From: a virus
Lineage: Duplodnaviria; Caudoviricetes
Length of the DNA stretch: 55,935 nucleotides
Reading direction: 5' to 3' (one strand)
Virus record (IMG/VR): IMGVR_UViG_3300034658_000009
Span: 1-55,935 of that record
Shown here: in pieces, positions 42,815-51,208 of the stretch
Position numbering within the stretch: the first letter of the stretch is position 1
Layout: the number at the start of each line of letters is the position of its first letter
Notes under the pieces: model-generated
The model's database searches: none
Told to the model about the DNA's origin: nothing
What the model saw: the letters and a program-made list of their open reading frames with translations, nothing else
Made by a program: the position numbers and the translations under genes

Positions 42815-42899
42815 ATCGAAAAGGAATCTGGAAACTAGTATTCGGCCAATCGGGCAACTCCCGATCCAAACCGCCAGATCCCTTATCGATGCGTTCTGC

Positions 42900-43442
42900 T
42901 CAGGTGCCGTGCCTGACAGAAAACCCCATCTTCAATTCTTGAGACTTGCGAGCACACGCGGCATCTAAAAGGTTGTCGTGGTAGCCGAGATCGTGACGCT
43001 TTCCGGCCTTAGAAATAGATGCGCGCCACCTGTTACCCTTTCTCCAGACCCCGCAGATTCCCGTAGTGTTGTTCTTGAATTTCGCCAAATTCATACAGTT
43101 GATTTGCGCCGTAGCTTCTCGAAGGTTTTCGAGCGAATTATTGGTGCCGTTGCCGTCAATGTGGTCTATTTGTTCTTTCGGCCAGTACCCGTAAACCAAT
43201 GCCCAAATAACCCTGTGCTCTCTGAAATTTGTTCCACAAATTGATACAGACCTATACTTGTTGCAGCCGCTTGAGGTCGTCCACTCGTTACCTGCAGTCG
43301 TGCCCGCATACTTTTTGTTCCAGGCATCGCAAGACGCTTGCGTGGCAAAATGGCTGATTGGCCTTGTGAGCCAAGCTAGGCGGCCTGAGCTTTTGTCGTA
43401 CTCCAGGCAGGTGCGGATGTAATCAACCTCGATGCTTCTCAT
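42900..43442 (-). CDS. HNH homing endonuclease with AP2-like C-terminus
   Basis: HRVIWALVYG...IDHIDGNGTNNSLENLR...NTTGICGV...WRASI. Confidence 0.88.
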   Translation of the reverse strand: MRSIEVDYIRTCLEYDKSSGRLAWLTRPISHFATQASCDAWNKKYAGTTAGNEWTTSSGCNKYRSVSICGTNFREHRVIWALVYGYWPKEQIDHIDGNGTNNSLENLREATAQINCMNLAKFKNNTTGICGVWRKGNRWRASISKAGKRHDLGYHDNLLDAACARKSQELKMGFSVRHGT

Positions 43443-43504
43443 AAAATTCCCCATCCAGATGCGCCCTGCTCCCAGGGCAAACACTGTTAATCTGTTTTCT
43501 GGCA

Positions 43505-43520
43505 CTGGCTGAATAACCAG
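43505..43520. promoter_or_regulatory. Possible weaker LexA box downstream of cro
   Basis: CTGGCTGAATAACCAG (CTG-N10-CAG). Confidence 0.35.
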
Positions 43521-43575
43521 TATTTTTTCCCCACTTATGGCGATTACTCAGAAGCGCGTTCCGGGTAATCTGTAT

Positions 43576-43815
43576 TCATGCGCAGTCTTCGAGGGGCGGC
43601 TCGCCGCCAAAACTGATGCTGGCCTCAACCAATCCCTTGGAGGCAAGCACGCTATAAACGCGCTCGACCCTGCGGGCGGATGGGTCAGGGAAAACGCCCC
43701 GGCTGAATTTACTGAGCCAGGAGTAATCAACGTCAGCTTCCTCGGCAATGGCGCCGAGGCGTCCCTTGCACTGCTGAAGACCGGTTATCGTTTTCTGAAT
43801 AAAGATGCTGTCCAT
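43576..43815 (-). CDS. cro: Cro-like HTH protein
   Basis: IAEEADVDYSWLSKFSRGVFPDPS; divergent from the repressor. Confidence 0.75.
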   Translation of the reverse strand: MDSIFIQKTITGLQQCKGRLGAIAEEADVDYSWLSKFSRGVFPDPSARRVERVYSVLASKGLVEASISFGGEPPLEDCA

Positions 43816-43822
43816 GCGTGAC

Positions 43823-43852
43823 AGTTTAGAGCACGATCATGCTCATTATCAA
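43823..43852 (-). promoter_or_regulatory. PR promoter with operator GAGCACGATCATGCTC (43829-43844) in the spacer
   Basis: TTGATA-N18-TAAACT; palindrome AGCA-N6-TGCT shared with the PL operators. Confidence 0.7.
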
Positions 43853-43913
43853 GCACAAAATGAATTGTGTTTAGCTTTAGACTTTCGGCGAGAAGTCCGA
43901 AGGGGATAAAGGA

Positions 43914-44264
43914 ATGAAAAAACCAATAGAGGAAATTGTCGGAGATAACATTCGACGGATAAGAAAAGACTTGAGCTGGTCGCAAAGAAAGCTGTCCGAT
44001 AAGACGGGCGTTTCTCAGAGGGTCATATCGAACATCGAGCAAGGAGGCGGGGCTGGGTCCAGCTCTATCGGCATTCTGGAAGACATTGCATGTGGCCTGG
44101 GCATCCCAACCTTTTTAATCATGACCGAGGGGCTTACTGCAGATAAGGATCGCATTAAGCGTATGGCAACGGTTATGGGCTCGTTCGGCGCCCTGTCAGA
44201 CCACGCGCAGCAGCGAATACTTGATATAGTTGAGGATTACATGGAAATGAACAATAACTCATAA
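43914..44264 (+). CDS. CI-like XRE repressor without an S24 peptidase domain
   Basis: NIRRIRKDLSWSQRKLSDKTGVSQRVISNIE; only 116 aa. Confidence 0.88.
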   Translation: MKKPIEEIVGDNIRRIRKDLSWSQRKLSDKTGVSQRVISNIEQGGGAGSSSIGILEDIACGLGIPTFLIMTEGLTADKDRIKRMATVMGSFGALSDHAQQRILDIVEDYMEMNNNS

Positions 44265-44308
44265 TTTTTATACATGTACTCCCGATTTACAGTTTTTAGG
44301 CTAGACTC

Positions 44309-44324
44309 CTGTACGCGCATACAG
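44309..44324. promoter_or_regulatory. LexA (SOS) box
   Basis: CTGTACGCGCATACAG = CTGT-N8-ACAG, 34 bp upstream of ATG 44359. Confidence 0.8.
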
Positions 44325-44358
44325 TAACTTTGAAAGTCGCGCATACAAAGGAGCCGTT

Positions 44359-44541
44359 ATGTCGAACCGCACCACCGCCCCAGTCCCAAGAGAAATCTTG
44401 CTCGAAGTAGAAGCCATGCTTGCCTTCATCATTACCAGCAAAGCCGCCAACGATCCCAATGCCGAAGTCATTGTCAGTGACCTGGTGACGGTCGCAAAAA
44501 ACAAGCTCGGCCTTGCCATCGAAAAGATGGACGAGGAATAA
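44359..44541 (+). CDS. Small SOS-controlled protein, candidate antirepressor
   Basis: AAGGAG RBS; 60 aa, helical; preceded by the LexA box. Confidence 0.65.
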   Translation: MSNRTTAPVPREILLEVEAMLAFIITSKAANDPNAEVIVSDLVTVAKNKLGLAIEKMDEE

Positions 44542-44604
44542 CCCCGCCTCTCCCCTTTCTCATTTCCGCGTATTCGCCAAAATGAGAAAATATTTACTTA
44601 ACTA

Positions 44605-44651
44605 GAGCATAATTATGCTTGACGTCCTCTTTTGTGAGCACTATAGTGCTT
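44605..44651 (+). promoter_or_regulatory. PL promoter with two operators
   Basis: TTGACG(44619)-N17-TATAGT(44642); GAGCATAATTATGCTT at 44605-44620 and GAGCACTATAGTGCTT at 44636-44651. Confidence 0.8.
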
Positions 44652-44670
44652 AAAAACGGAGGACAAAAAG

Positions 44671-45045
44671 ATGATCACAACGCAGGTAAACGGAAGGCTT
44701 TTCATCATCGACGGCAAGGGCGAGTTCTCCCCAGCCGAAGAACAGACCCTGGAAGACTGGCTTCACGCCATGAAGGCGCAGGACGCCGCACAGAAGCGCG
44801 AGCGCAGCCCTGAAACCGTCAACACCCACCGCAAGAACATCCGCGAGAAGACCGACCAGCATAACGGCGAGGGCGTTCTCGTGTACTGCTTCAGCAAGAA
44901 CTACATCAAGGCACTGATTGTTGCGCTGGGCATCACTGGCGGCACCGAGCTGATGCGCAATCGGCCGGTGGTTCGCACACATTCACGGCCTATTGCTGCC
45001 AACTTTCAGCTTGGGCGTCTGGAGATTAGTGGGGTGGTGTCGTGA
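44671..45045 (+). CDS. LuxR/GerE-type HTH protein, first PL gene
   Basis: FSPAEEQTL...RSPETVNTHRKNIREK. Confidence 0.7.
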   Translation: MITTQVNGRLFIIDGKGEFSPAEEQTLEDWLHAMKAQDAAQKRERSPETVNTHRKNIREKTDQHNGEGVLVYCFSKNYIKALIVALGITGGTELMRNRPVVRTHSRPIAANFQLGRLEISGVVS

Positions 45046-45395
45046 GTGAGGTCAAATTTACGCCGGGGCCATGGGTTCTTTGTCATCACCTTCAGTCCGA
45101 AGAGAAGGACAAGGCCTGCCCTTGCGGTTACCGAGGCGGGATATGGGGATCAGATAAAGAGCATGTTGTTTGCGAGATGGGGTCAACAGAGATTGCTGGC
45201 GAGGAAGCGCTGTGTCCGCCGAGATATCAGCGAAGCACGGAAATAGCCAACGCCCACCTGATAGCCGCAGCGCCGGATATGTACGAGGCGCTGAGCATGA
45301 CCCTATCTCATCTTCCAGACCCTGACTGTGCGATCTGGCGGGATGTACACGACAGGATAATCGCCGCACTCGCCAAAGCCAGAGGTGAATCATGA
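45042..45395 (+). CDS. Conserved phage protein (TPGPW...NAHLIAAAPD type)
   Basis: Recognisable motif; coupled overlaps. Confidence 0.75.
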   Translation: MSEVKFTPGPWVLCHHLQSEEKDKACPCGYRGGIWGSDKEHVVCEMGSTEIAGEEALCPPRYQRSTEIANAHLIAAAPDMYEALSMTLSHLPDPDCAIWRDVHDRIIAALAKARGES

Positions 45396-45748
45396 CCAAC
45401 CAAACCACTTTCATGCGTTGCCAGGGAGGCCAGCCACAAGGCGTTACGGGGCAGATTGCTTTCGCCCCAACTTTTCTGGACGCACAGTTTCATCGGGCAC
45501 AGGCCCGACTCAAGAGCAAAGCGTTGCGATCCCTGTTTAGAGGGCAGAAAGCCGTCGCCCTCTCTTTTTCGCCAGCGCTAACAGGCATCGAACCGGCCAC
45601 GGCAGAAGATCGACTTCACGAATGGCGGGTTAAGGCAGCGGCAATGAACGCGCTGCGCATTAGAGACGAACGGTTGTCCGCTACTCGCCGAAAGGTGATG
45701 CGGAGGATTGCAGCGAATCGGATTGGGGATAGGAGGGAGGCGGCATGA
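45392..45748 (+). CDS. Hypothetical protein
   Basis: ATGA-coupled ORF. Confidence 0.55.
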   Translation: MTNQTTFMRCQGGQPQGVTGQIAFAPTFLDAQFHRAQARLKSKALRSLFRGQKAVALSFSPALTGIEPATAEDRLHEWRVKAAAMNALRIRDERLSATRRKVMRRIAANRIGDRREAA

Positions 45749-46158
45749 GCAAGCAAGAAGAAGCCGATCGGCTGGGCAGGGTCAACCACTTCATAAGAGT
45801 GATCGGCGGCTGCGGTCGCGAGTTCTTCAGGAATGACGAGAACGACCGTTTCGCTCACATGGAAGTGGATGAGCGCGGGAAGGTCTGGTTCATCGATGAC
45901 TACACGACGCGCCGGATTTACACCCACTACGAGGGGAGCTGGTCAGGGTTTAGCCACGGCGGAACTTTGCGTGACCTGGTGCGAGTTTTCCGGGAGCACA
46001 TTAAGAGGGGCGTGCAGATTCACTCAAAGTATTTTCAAGCAAAAAGCTGGATGAGTAGCGGCCACCCATGGGGCTATCCAGAGGAAGATCTCCGGCGCCT
46101 TGAATCTGAAGGGCGCAGGCTTGGAATCGTTGCCGAAGAGCAGAAGAAATCAGCATGA
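45745..46158 (+). CDS. Conserved phage protein
   Basis: VDERGKVWFIDDYT...GFSHGGTL. Confidence 0.7.
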   Translation: MSKQEEADRLGRVNHFIRVIGGCGREFFRNDENDRFAHMEVDERGKVWFIDDYTTRRIYTHYEGSWSGFSHGGTLRDLVRVFREHIKRGVQIHSKYFQAKSWMSSGHPWGYPEEDLRRLESEGRRLGIVAEEQKKSA

Positions 46159-46418
46159 ACCAACTATCCGAACTCCAAAAGCTATTCAACCTGATCCTGC
46201 GCATCAGCGAAAGCTATGCAGCCGAAGCTGAAGCAGGATTCAACTGGGGCACGCGCAGTGTCGAAATCACCGTAGACGAATCTGGCGCAACCCTCTACGC
46301 AGCGACACTGGAAATTGACAGCGATGCGGTTGAGGCAAAGGCCCGGCTGATCCGGCATGAGCTTGAGCAGATGATTGCTGAGTGTGAGTTGCCGATTTTG
46401 ATGGAGCGAGTCGCATGA
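46155..46418 (+). CDS. Hypothetical protein
   Basis: Coupled ORF. Confidence 0.6.
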   Translation: MNQLSELQKLFNLILRISESYAAEAEAGFNWGTRSVEITVDESGATLYAATLEIDSDAVEAKARLIRHELEQMIAECELPILMERVA

Positions 46419-46633
46419 AAATCCAAAAAATCACCAGCCAGCACCGCCGAGACTTCACCGCAATCATGGAGTGCGAGCACTGCGGCCATGAGGAAGTGAA
46501 CAGGTACGGCTACGACGACGACAACTATCACCGCAACGTCATTCCGAATATGGAGTGCGGCCAGTGCGGCAAGACTGCTAGCGAGGATTACAGGCCGCTT
46601 GGAACGAAGTATTCGGAGGGGGTTCAGGTATGA
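46415..46633 (+). CDS. Zn-ribbon protein
   Basis: CEHC...CGQC. Confidence 0.7.
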   Translation: MKIQKITSQHRRDFTAIMECEHCGHEEVNRYGYDDDNYHRNVIPNMECGQCGKTASEDYRPLGTKYSEGVQV

Positions 46634-46851
46634 GAATCAACCTGCACGGCACCGAAATCGTCAACACCAGCAGCGAGGGCGATGTGATTGAGGCGGAAGT
46701 TATGGATCGGGACCGTAACAGTGTCCACATGCTCTTCGATTGCGTAGACGACGTTGAGCGCCTGGCCGAAGAGTTGCGGTTCATGGCCGAAAGCATCCGC
46801 GAGAGTGAGCCCAAGGACGTTTGTGCGGAAACCGGCGAGGTTCTGGCATGA
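46630..46851 (+). CDS. Hypothetical protein
   Basis: Coupled ORF, acidic. Confidence 0.6.
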   Translation: MRINLHGTEIVNTSSEGDVIEAEVMDRDRNSVHMLFDCVDDVERLAEELRFMAESIRESEPKDVCAETGEVLA

Positions 46852-47048
46852 CCCACACGCCCAGCTCCACAAAGTTCCGCGAGGAATGCAGCAAGCTGCC
46901 AGATCACTCCATGCACTTATACGGACGCATGGTGGTCACGATGTACCTGGTGGCTCAGTACAAGGACCGCGTAAAGGCGCACAGCAAGCGATTGGCTCTG
47001 GCGCTTGAGCGGATGGATCGGGAATTGGTTGAGGGGAGTCGGTCATGA
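46848..47048 (+). CDS. Hypothetical protein
   Basis: ATGA overlaps at both ends. Confidence 0.55.
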   Translation: MTHTPSSTKFREECSKLPDHSMHLYGRMVVTMYLVAQYKDRVKAHSKRLALALERMDRELVEGSRS

Positions 47049-47410
47049 ACATGACAGCCAATCAGTACCAGAAACAACTGGACGAAGACGGCGAACTGGC
47101 CATCGAGGTTGAGCGGGCCGAGCAAGATTGCAGAGAGAAGCTGCTGAATCTTGAGCGCTGGCACTACCCCGAGAAAGTCCGGCCATGGGCCGTTAAGTGG
47201 CAGTACGCAGGCGAGCAGGACGTAACCGAGGCGCTGTATGACCTGTGCCACGACGAGATAGTCCTTGCGCTGTCACTGCTCGATACCGACGCCCTGGAAG
47301 CCGTGCGGATTCTGAAAGAGTGCCGGCGCAAAGCGGTTGAAGATGTGCTGGGGCGGATGGATTTTGAGGCGATTGTTAAGGCGAATATTGAACAGAGGGA
47401 TGCAGCGTAA
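47045..47410 (+). CDS. Hypothetical protein
   Basis: Coupled ORF upstream of the recombinase. Confidence 0.6.
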   Translation: MNMTANQYQKQLDEDGELAIEVERAEQDCREKLLNLERWHYPEKVRPWAVKWQYAGEQDVTEALYDLCHDEIVLALSLLDTDALEAVRILKECRRKAVEDVLGRMDFEAIVKANIEQRDAA

Positions 47411-48171
47411 TGAATCAGATAGCGAAAACATCAGGCGGATTTGATCTTCAGCCGCGAGATATGGATCAGGCGATGCGCTTGGCGGAAATGCTGGCGAACA
47501 GCGGCATGGTGCCGAAGCAGTACATCAGCAACCCGCAGGGAACTCTGGTGGCCATGATGATGGGTAACGAGATTGGACTGAACCCGCTTCAGTCCCTGCA
47601 GAACATAGCAGTGATCAACGGCAAGCCGTCCATCTACGCCGATGCCCTGCTGGCCCTGGTGCAGAACCATCCGAAGTTCGGCGGTCATGAAGAAACCCTG
47701 GACGAGAAGACCATGACGGCCTATTGCACCGTCTGGCGAAAAGGCGACGACAAGAAGCACACCGTTTCGTTCAGCCAGGCTGACGCGCAGCAAGCAGGGC
47801 TTTGGGGAAAGCAGGGGCCGTGGGCCACCTATCCCAAGCGCATGCTGATGTGGAGAGCCAGAGGGTACGCGCTGCGCGACAAGTTTGCGGACGCTCTCGG
47901 CGGCCTGATTACCGCAGAAGAAGCGCGAGATATTCCTGAACAGGATATGGGCGCAGCACAGCGGCATGAGCAGCCAAAAGAATCGGCCCGCCCTGCCCTT
48001 GAGCACTACGCGGAAGAATCCTTTGAACAGAACTTCCCGAAGTGGCAGCAGATTGTTGAGTCCGGCAAGAAATCAGCCGGCGACATTGTGGCCATGCTCG
48101 AAAGCAAAGCGGTCCTGACTGACGAGCAGCGTGAACAGATCCTGGCACTGGAAGAGGGAGCGGAAGCATGA
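47410..48171 (+). CDS. RecT/Beta-like single-strand annealing protein
   Basis: GLNPLQSLQNIAVINGKPSI...WATYPKRML. Confidence 0.85.
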   Translation: MNQIAKTSGGFDLQPRDMDQAMRLAEMLANSGMVPKQYISNPQGTLVAMMMGNEIGLNPLQSLQNIAVINGKPSIYADALLALVQNHPKFGGHEETLDEKTMTAYCTVWRKGDDKKHTVSFSQADAQQAGLWGKQGPWATYPKRMLMWRARGYALRDKFADALGGLITAEEARDIPEQDMGAAQRHEQPKESARPALEHYAEESFEQNFPKWQQIVESGKKSAGDIVAMLESKAVLTDEQREQILALEEGAEA

Positions 48172-49790
48172 AATTTCAACAAGGCAAAATCGTTAACATT
48201 GCTCAGGGTTCAGAGCAGTGGGCAGAACTCCGGGCTAAGCGATTCACGGCCAGTGAGGCCCCGGCCATGATGGGCAAGTCAAAGCATCAGACCCGGAACA
48301 AGTTGCTGCAACAGAAGGCGACAGGGCTTGTGCCAGAAGTTGACGCCCACCAGCAGCGCATTTTCGACGAGGGCCATCGTGCGGAGGCGGTTGCCCGAAA
48401 AATTGCTGAAAAAGAAATCGGTGATGAGCTTTTCCCAGTCGTACTCGATGATCAAGAAGGTGGTTTCTTGGCATCCATGGATGGGCTCGACATGCTTGGC
48501 GAGATCGGATGGGAGTGCAAGCTGGCATCGGAAAGTCTGTTTGCTCAGATTGACTCTGGCAAACTGGAAGATCACTACATGATTCAGCTTGATCAGCAGT
48601 TTGCGCTATCCGGTGCGAAGAGGATCTTGTTTACCGCTTGCGACGAGAAAGGCGAAAGCTATAAGCACCTCTGGATCGAGCGCGATGAATCCCGGTTTAA
48701 AGCACTGGAGGCCGGATGGACGCAATTCGCCAAAGACCTGGCCGAATACGAAGCCCCGGAAGCCGAGCAACCAAAGGCCGAAGGTAAGGCCCCTGACGCC
48801 CTCCCTGCCCTGTCTGTTCAAGTGCAAGGCATGGTTACCGCCTCCAACCTGAAAGCGTTTGAGGAAAGCGCAAGGGCGACTCTGGCCAAGATCAACACGG
48901 ACCTGCAGACCGATGAGGACTTCTCAACGGCGGAAAAGACTGTGAAGTTTTGCAAGGACGTGGAAGGCCGGCTGGACGCTGCCAAGGAAAACGTACTTGG
49001 CCAGATGCAGACCGTTGACGAAGTGGTGCGCTCTATTGATGCGATCAAAGAAGAAACCCGGCAGATCCGGCTGAAGCTGAACAAGGCCGTCACTGAGCAG
49101 AAGGAGTCGCGCAAGGCCGAGATCCTGAAGACGGCCAACGAAGCGCTGCAGAATCACCTTTGCAAGCTGGAAAACTCGCTTGAACAGGAGTCGGGCGGCC
49201 TGCGCGTTCCGGTTTCTTATCAGGTGAAAGGTGACTTTGCCGGCGCCATGAAGGGCAAGAAGACGATCAGCAGCTTAAAGTCTGCCTGTGATGACGAGCT
49301 GGCCCGCGCCAAGATCGAAGCTAATGAGGCCGCCGATGTGATGCGCGGGAACATTCAGCAACTGAACGAACATGCGGCTGGTTACAAGTTCCTGTTCAGC
49401 GATTTCGATTTCATCTGCATAAAGCCCGCCGAAGACTTCGCCGCTATCGTCAAATCCCGCATTGCCGATCACAAGGAAGCGGAGCAGAAGAAACTGGACG
49501 CTGAACGGGAGAGGATTAGGCAGGAGGAAGAGGCGAAGGCGCAAGCCAAGTCGGAGCCTAAGAAAGCGAATCCGCTAAAAGATGGCCCAGCGATCAGTTA
49601 CCGGGAGCCAGATCCGGCAGAGCGACCTTCGCCCCAGCCGAACTCCACTGAAACCGTGACCCTTTCGAAGAAAGAATACGAGCAGCTTATCCACAACAGC
49701 AAGATGTATCTCGCTCTGGCAGCGGCTGGCGTCGATAACTGGGAAGGCTACAGCATGGCTATGGAAATTATGCAGGAGGCCGCCGCATGA
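48168..49790 (+). CDS. YqaJ/lambda-exonuclease-family protein with a coiled-coil extension
   Basis: QGSEQWAELR...TASEAP...GH..E...ASMDGL...WECK...QQF. Confidence 0.88.
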   Translation: MKFQQGKIVNIAQGSEQWAELRAKRFTASEAPAMMGKSKHQTRNKLLQQKATGLVPEVDAHQQRIFDEGHRAEAVARKIAEKEIGDELFPVVLDDQEGGFLASMDGLDMLGEIGWECKLASESLFAQIDSGKLEDHYMIQLDQQFALSGAKRILFTACDEKGESYKHLWIERDESRFKALEAGWTQFAKDLAEYEAPEAEQPKAEGKAPDALPALSVQVQGMVTASNLKAFEESARATLAKINTDLQTDEDFSTAEKTVKFCKDVEGRLDAAKENVLGQMQTVDEVVRSIDAIKEETRQIRLKLNKAVTEQKESRKAEILKTANEALQNHLCKLENSLEQESGGLRVPVSYQVKGDFAGAMKGKKTISSLKSACDDELARAKIEANEAADVMRGNIQQLNEHAAGYKFLFSDFDFICIKPAEDFAAIVKSRIADHKEAEQKKLDAERERIRQEEEAKAQAKSEPKKANPLKDGPAISYREPDPAERPSPQPNSTETVTLSKKEYEQLIHNSKMYLALAAAGVDNWEGYSMAMEIMQEAAA

Positions 49791-50245
49791 CAGCCCGCAG
49801 AGACCTAACCGACGACCACATGAGCCACCTTCGGGCCTGCGCTGCGCAGGGGTTGAGTCTGACCAAAGCTGCGCAGGAAATGGGCGCAACCCATAAGTGG
49901 GTAGTAAATTCCGCTCGCCGGCTCGGCATTCTCGGAGAGATTAACCGGCTGTTCCCGGAAAACTTTAATCGGGCCAGACAGCTTCGCCTTAATGACCAGC
50001 AGATCGAACGCTTGAAGGCGATGGAAGCAGTTGGCGCAACCCGAGTTGAAATGGCTGAGAAGATCGGCTGCTGCTATGTGACGCTCAAACACGCGATTCG
50101 GGAAGCCGGCATTGACGAAGAACTGAAAGACATTGCCCGGCAGGCTCGCGAGCGCAAGATTTCCGATATTGAAACCGGTGCCCTGCCCCGCGATGTGTGT
50201 CCGGCAGTGCAGTGGCTTACTAAGCCTTGGAGGGTGGCGGCATGA
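49787..50245 (+). CDS. Tandem HTH protein
   Basis: GLSLTKAAQEMG and GATRVEMAEKIGCC. Confidence 0.65.
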   Translation: MTARRDLTDDHMSHLRACAAQGLSLTKAAQEMGATHKWVVNSARRLGILGEINRLFPENFNRARQLRLNDQQIERLKAMEAVGATRVEMAEKIGCCYVTLKHAIREAGIDEELKDIARQARERKISDIETGALPRDVCPAVQWLTKPWRVAA

Positions 50246-50580
50246 ACCTCGATCACGATCTTGACCAGCGAGAATATTGGCGGGCGTATCTGCGCGAGCG
50301 CTCATTACAAACCCTGGCTGATCGCTTTGGCCTGAGCACCACGACCGTCTGGTTTTCGGAGATTCGGGCCTTAGCCAGCCTCACCGACGAGGAGAACGTC
50401 GAGATCAAGCGTCTCCGCGATGAATACAATGCCGCGCTGCGTGACGAGATGCCGAAGTATCGACTCAAGAGCATTGCACAGCGCAACGGCATCAACATCC
50501 GAAGAGTTGCCCTTGCGCAACAAAAGCGACTGGAGCGGCGAGCGGCAGAGTTTTACCAGAAACGGCAGGAGGCAGCATGA
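50242..50580 (+). CDS. Tandem HTH protein
   Basis: TLADRFGLSTTTV and SIAQRNGINIRRV. Confidence 0.65.
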   Translation: MNLDHDLDQREYWRAYLRERSLQTLADRFGLSTTTVWFSEIRALASLTDEENVEIKRLRDEYNAALRDEMPKYRLKSIAQRNGINIRRVALAQQKRLERRAAEFYQKRQEAA

Positions 50581-50777
50581 ACCCACACAACAAAGACGAG
50601 TTCCGCCGCGCATGGGAAGTTCTGGACGACCCGAAAGCCATCCGCGAAATCATGGAGCGCGACCAGGAAGCAGAGGACGAAAAAGCGGTTTCAAATGACA
50701 CCTTCAGAGTAGAAGGCGGGCAAAAGGTGCGGCAAAGTGTAGGTTTTGCCGACACACAAAACAAGGAAGCATCATGA
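50577..50777 (+). CDS. Hypothetical protein
   Basis: Coupled ORF. Confidence 0.5.
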   Translation: MNPHNKDEFRRAWEVLDDPKAIREIMERDQEAEDEKAVSNDTFRVEGGQKVRQSVGFADTQNKEAS

Positions 50778-51208
50778 AACAGGTCAACCAGAAAATCTTC
50801 AACCGCGCATGGCATCACATGCTTTGCCAGGAAGCGAAGTCTGAGCGCAACGGCGAATCACGATACTACGGCCCGAACGGGTTGCGTGGCCCGATTGGTT
50901 GCCTGATCGACCGGGATTTCTACCGCCCGGAACTTGAGGGCCAGAAGCCAACGAGCAGGGCGGTTCTGAATGCCATTGCGGCGAGCATGGACGTCAACCC
51001 GCAGGACATTGACCGGTTTCTAATCGATGACCTGGCGGCCTCTCACGAAGACACGCCGCCCCGCTACTGGTGGAGCCGTCTGATGCGCGTTGCGACACAG
51101 GCCGCACTGGATGCGCCAGAACGCCCCGGATTCGGTGACAGGATTAAGCACTGGTTTGGGCGGAGGCTGACGCACTTGTGGGATGTTTTGGATGGGTATG
51201 GGGAGTGA
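50774..51208 (+). CDS. Hypothetical phage protein
   Basis: YYGPNGLRGPIGCLI. Confidence 0.65.
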   Translation: MKQVNQKIFNRAWHHMLCQEAKSERNGESRYYGPNGLRGPIGCLIDRDFYRPELEGQKPTSRAVLNAIAASMDVNPQDIDRFLIDDLAASHEDTPPRYWWSRLMRVATQAALDAPERPGFGDRIKHWFGRRLTHLWDVLDGYGE

